A DNA stretch of 64,000 bases from contig CM060733.1 of the NCBI GenBank assembly GCA_030704615.1, positions 1,860,001 to 1,924,000 of the forward strand, given 5' to 3'. Below the pieces are notes generated by a model that made no database searches, was not told the origin of the DNA, and was given only the letters and a program-made list of their open reading frames with translations. The stretch is from Takakia lepidozioides. Lineage: Eukaryota > Plantae > Bryophyta. Every line of letters begins with the position of its first letter. The first letter of the stretch is position 1. Shown here one piece after another: positions 61,901-64,000 of the stretch. The translations under genes were made by a program, and so were the position numbers.

Positions 61901-64000
61901 TACATCGGCATTGCATATAATACTGGGAGACAGCATGCCTCTTGACATTGTGCGCATCACCAGCTGGAAAAGAAAAGCCTTGCCTGACGAAAAGCCCCAA
62001 GTTCGCTATGCTGCCTCATTTGCAGGGTGGGTGCCCAACTTAAACCTTAAAATAATTTCTGCTAAAGCAGATGTAGGATTGATTTCACCCTTTGGTCTTT
62101 TGAAAGTTTAATACAGCTGAAATTCCTTGAGAAATCCCCAGGAAATGCCACATTAAAATAAAAGCTATCTTTGCAGTATACAAATGAATATTTTTGGTAG
62201 GTGCTCTTGTACTAGGCTTTCATGACCTTATGATGACAGTTGTCATGGGCACTTCTTTGTGCGACAAATGAAAATATGGCTCGTTCTTGCTTGAAGGTTT
62301 GAGAGATCGAATTATATTCTCCCTATGTTTGACAGGTATGGTTTCTATGGAGATGTGATGAAGGAGAGTGAAACTTTGCGATGGATGGGTCCTGCTCGCT
62401 ATGATGTTGCAGGATTTAAGGTTTTCATGAGACACAAGTATGTCTTCTCCTCACCTTTCCCCCCAACGATGATGGCAGCCTACCTGCATGAGGCACCTCA
62501 TCTTGGGGTGTCGTTTGATGTGTTTTGAAGTGGTTTCTTCTTGTTCTACTTCATCCCATGGGAGGTTATTAAAAAACTTCCTACTTTTTTCTCTCTCTTG
62601 CTCTTGGGGCACAAGATGCATGGTCATTATCTTGAGAAAACCTTCAGATTAAGCTATACTGGTACATGCCCTGCACACTGTATTGCAGGAAGTATGAGGC
62701 AGAGATATCATTTTTGGAGATTCCTCATATTTCGTCAATCCCCACAATGCCACATGGCCCTTGGACCCACGCCCCATCATTCAGCTGCAGCAAACCCATG
62801 GATCGGGAGAACAAGAAGGTTTGTTTCCATCATGTGTGCAGTACAGGATGGAGTGCTTTACAGATTCATTTGTGTAGGTTGCCCATACTAACTGCAAGAA
62901 AGGGGGAAGAAGGCAGTTGGAGAGATGGATCTGTTTCCACCATAGCTTTGAGCCAAGACAGTGAACCCAGTTGTTACTATTAGTGTGAGAGACAAACAGA
63001 ACTAGCATATGTTTGGTTCCATCCCCAAATATCGTGAGCAATATATGATCAGGCTCATGAAGCTTTTGCAGGTAAGTGGCAGGAGAGCATCCATAGAATC
63101 ATCTTTCCATGCTTTGGAACATGTATGTTTGTCGGTTTACATCACCCATGTTTCCGAGAAAACTACGTGTTTTTGACATGGATGTTGAAGATTTGATTTT
63201 TTGTAGCTTGAACGTGACATTTATTGTGAAAGTCGAGGTTCATGTTATTGTACATTGCATACTGTGCACAGGTTGTGTGCCGCGTCAACTGTGCAATCTG
63301 TGCAAAGGGGTTTGATTTTTCACATCTTGTGAACAATGAGAGTGAATCCGAGGGTAGCCCAACCAATGACCAAACAGTGGAGAGGCCCCAGGCCCCCAGA
63401 TGGCGAACTTGTCGAACACATTTCCATAGCATCGGGGCCGCCATCATGTCTTGTCGAAATGAAAAAGCACCAGATGGCGTTGCTGCCCACGCCCACCTGG
63501 CCGACGGTCTACTTCATTTGATTCTTATTCGAGAGTGTTCCCGCCCTGCCTATCTCAGGTCTGTATCTTCAGGGTATCTGTTTGTTGTGACTAGACCAAG
63601 TTATCCACATCTATTCAGGCAGAGGATTGTGGTTGCATATACACAGCAACCTACTGCACATGATATCCTGCCATCATTGCCCCTTTTAACTTTACAAAGT
63701 GAATGGATTGACTATCCAGTTGAATAACTGCATACCTGGTTGTGGCCCAGATCGGACAGAAAGAATTTACTCATAAGACGTTGTTTGCCGTAGCCTTGTG
63801 GCCATTGACCCCGCGCCCAGTTTGAGCGGAAACAAAAGGGACAGAACCTACCTCTGTCAGGGGCTGACATTGGTAGTAAGACTTACCTTCATATATAGAA
63901 TTAATCCGGGTTTTCCAGATATCCTCTAGAAATCCCTTCACACAAGCATCAATCTGCTGTGTGTGATTTGCCCAAAAACTAGGCCTCAGGAGGGCCTGGG
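55984..64000 (+). CDS. CERK: Ceramide kinase (ACD5-like), 3'-truncated by window
   Basis: Exons 55984-56223, 56948-57106, 58599-58766, 59073-59165, 60261-60353, 60520-61039, 61332-61464, 61877-62026, 62336-62437, 62689-62818, 63272-63558. Motifs VFVNPYGGKG, TERAGHA, GGDGLFNEVLNG, GIIPAGSTD, GYGFYGDV, RWMGPARY and the CERK-type CxxxCxxC (CRVNCAIC). Confidence 0.92.
57265..58320 (+). mobile_element. 5'-truncated non-LTR retrotransposon (RTEX-like) in a CERK intron
   Basis: Fragments LESIQVGVLKECMSACSKTANVAVRGEFGIPSL...RWWGQL and RLKFKLRAGSLPL...CPLCGQPEDIIHFLIHCP (C-terminal CCHC knuckle); ends in duplicated gagtacattc-(CT)n tails. Confidence 0.7.

Overview
Eukaryotic nuclear DNA with GT-AG spliceosomal introns, most likely from a non-seed land plant (inferred from gene and TE content, not proven). 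Five intron-containing genes can be assembled. (1) The 3' end of a phosphoenolpyruvate carboxylase (1-2815, +) whose motifs (WVFGWAQSRHTLPAWYG...YLDPLN...MRNTG*) look proteobacterial rather than like plant-type or plant 'bacterial-type' PEPC, yet it is split by five clean introns; this is the most interesting item. (2) A subgroup-21 R2R3-MYB (33709-37175, +). (3) LpxC (46869-42784, -) with a 90-codon N-terminal extension that resembles a plastid transit peptide. (4) A UPF0565/C2orf69-like gene (51176-53293, +). (5) Ceramide kinase (55984 to beyond the window end, +). The stretch from 3 to 32 kb is mostly decayed mobile DNA: a 4.4-kb PIF/Harbinger element with TIRs and TTA TSD, a Tourist-like MITE, a probable non-autonomous Helitron, a Ty3-gag-like relic and an LRR relic. 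A tRNA-derived SINE family (4 copies), hAT-like MITEs, an RTEX-like LINE fragment and several tandem duplications are scattered elsewhere. All family assignments are from remembered motifs and were not database-checked.
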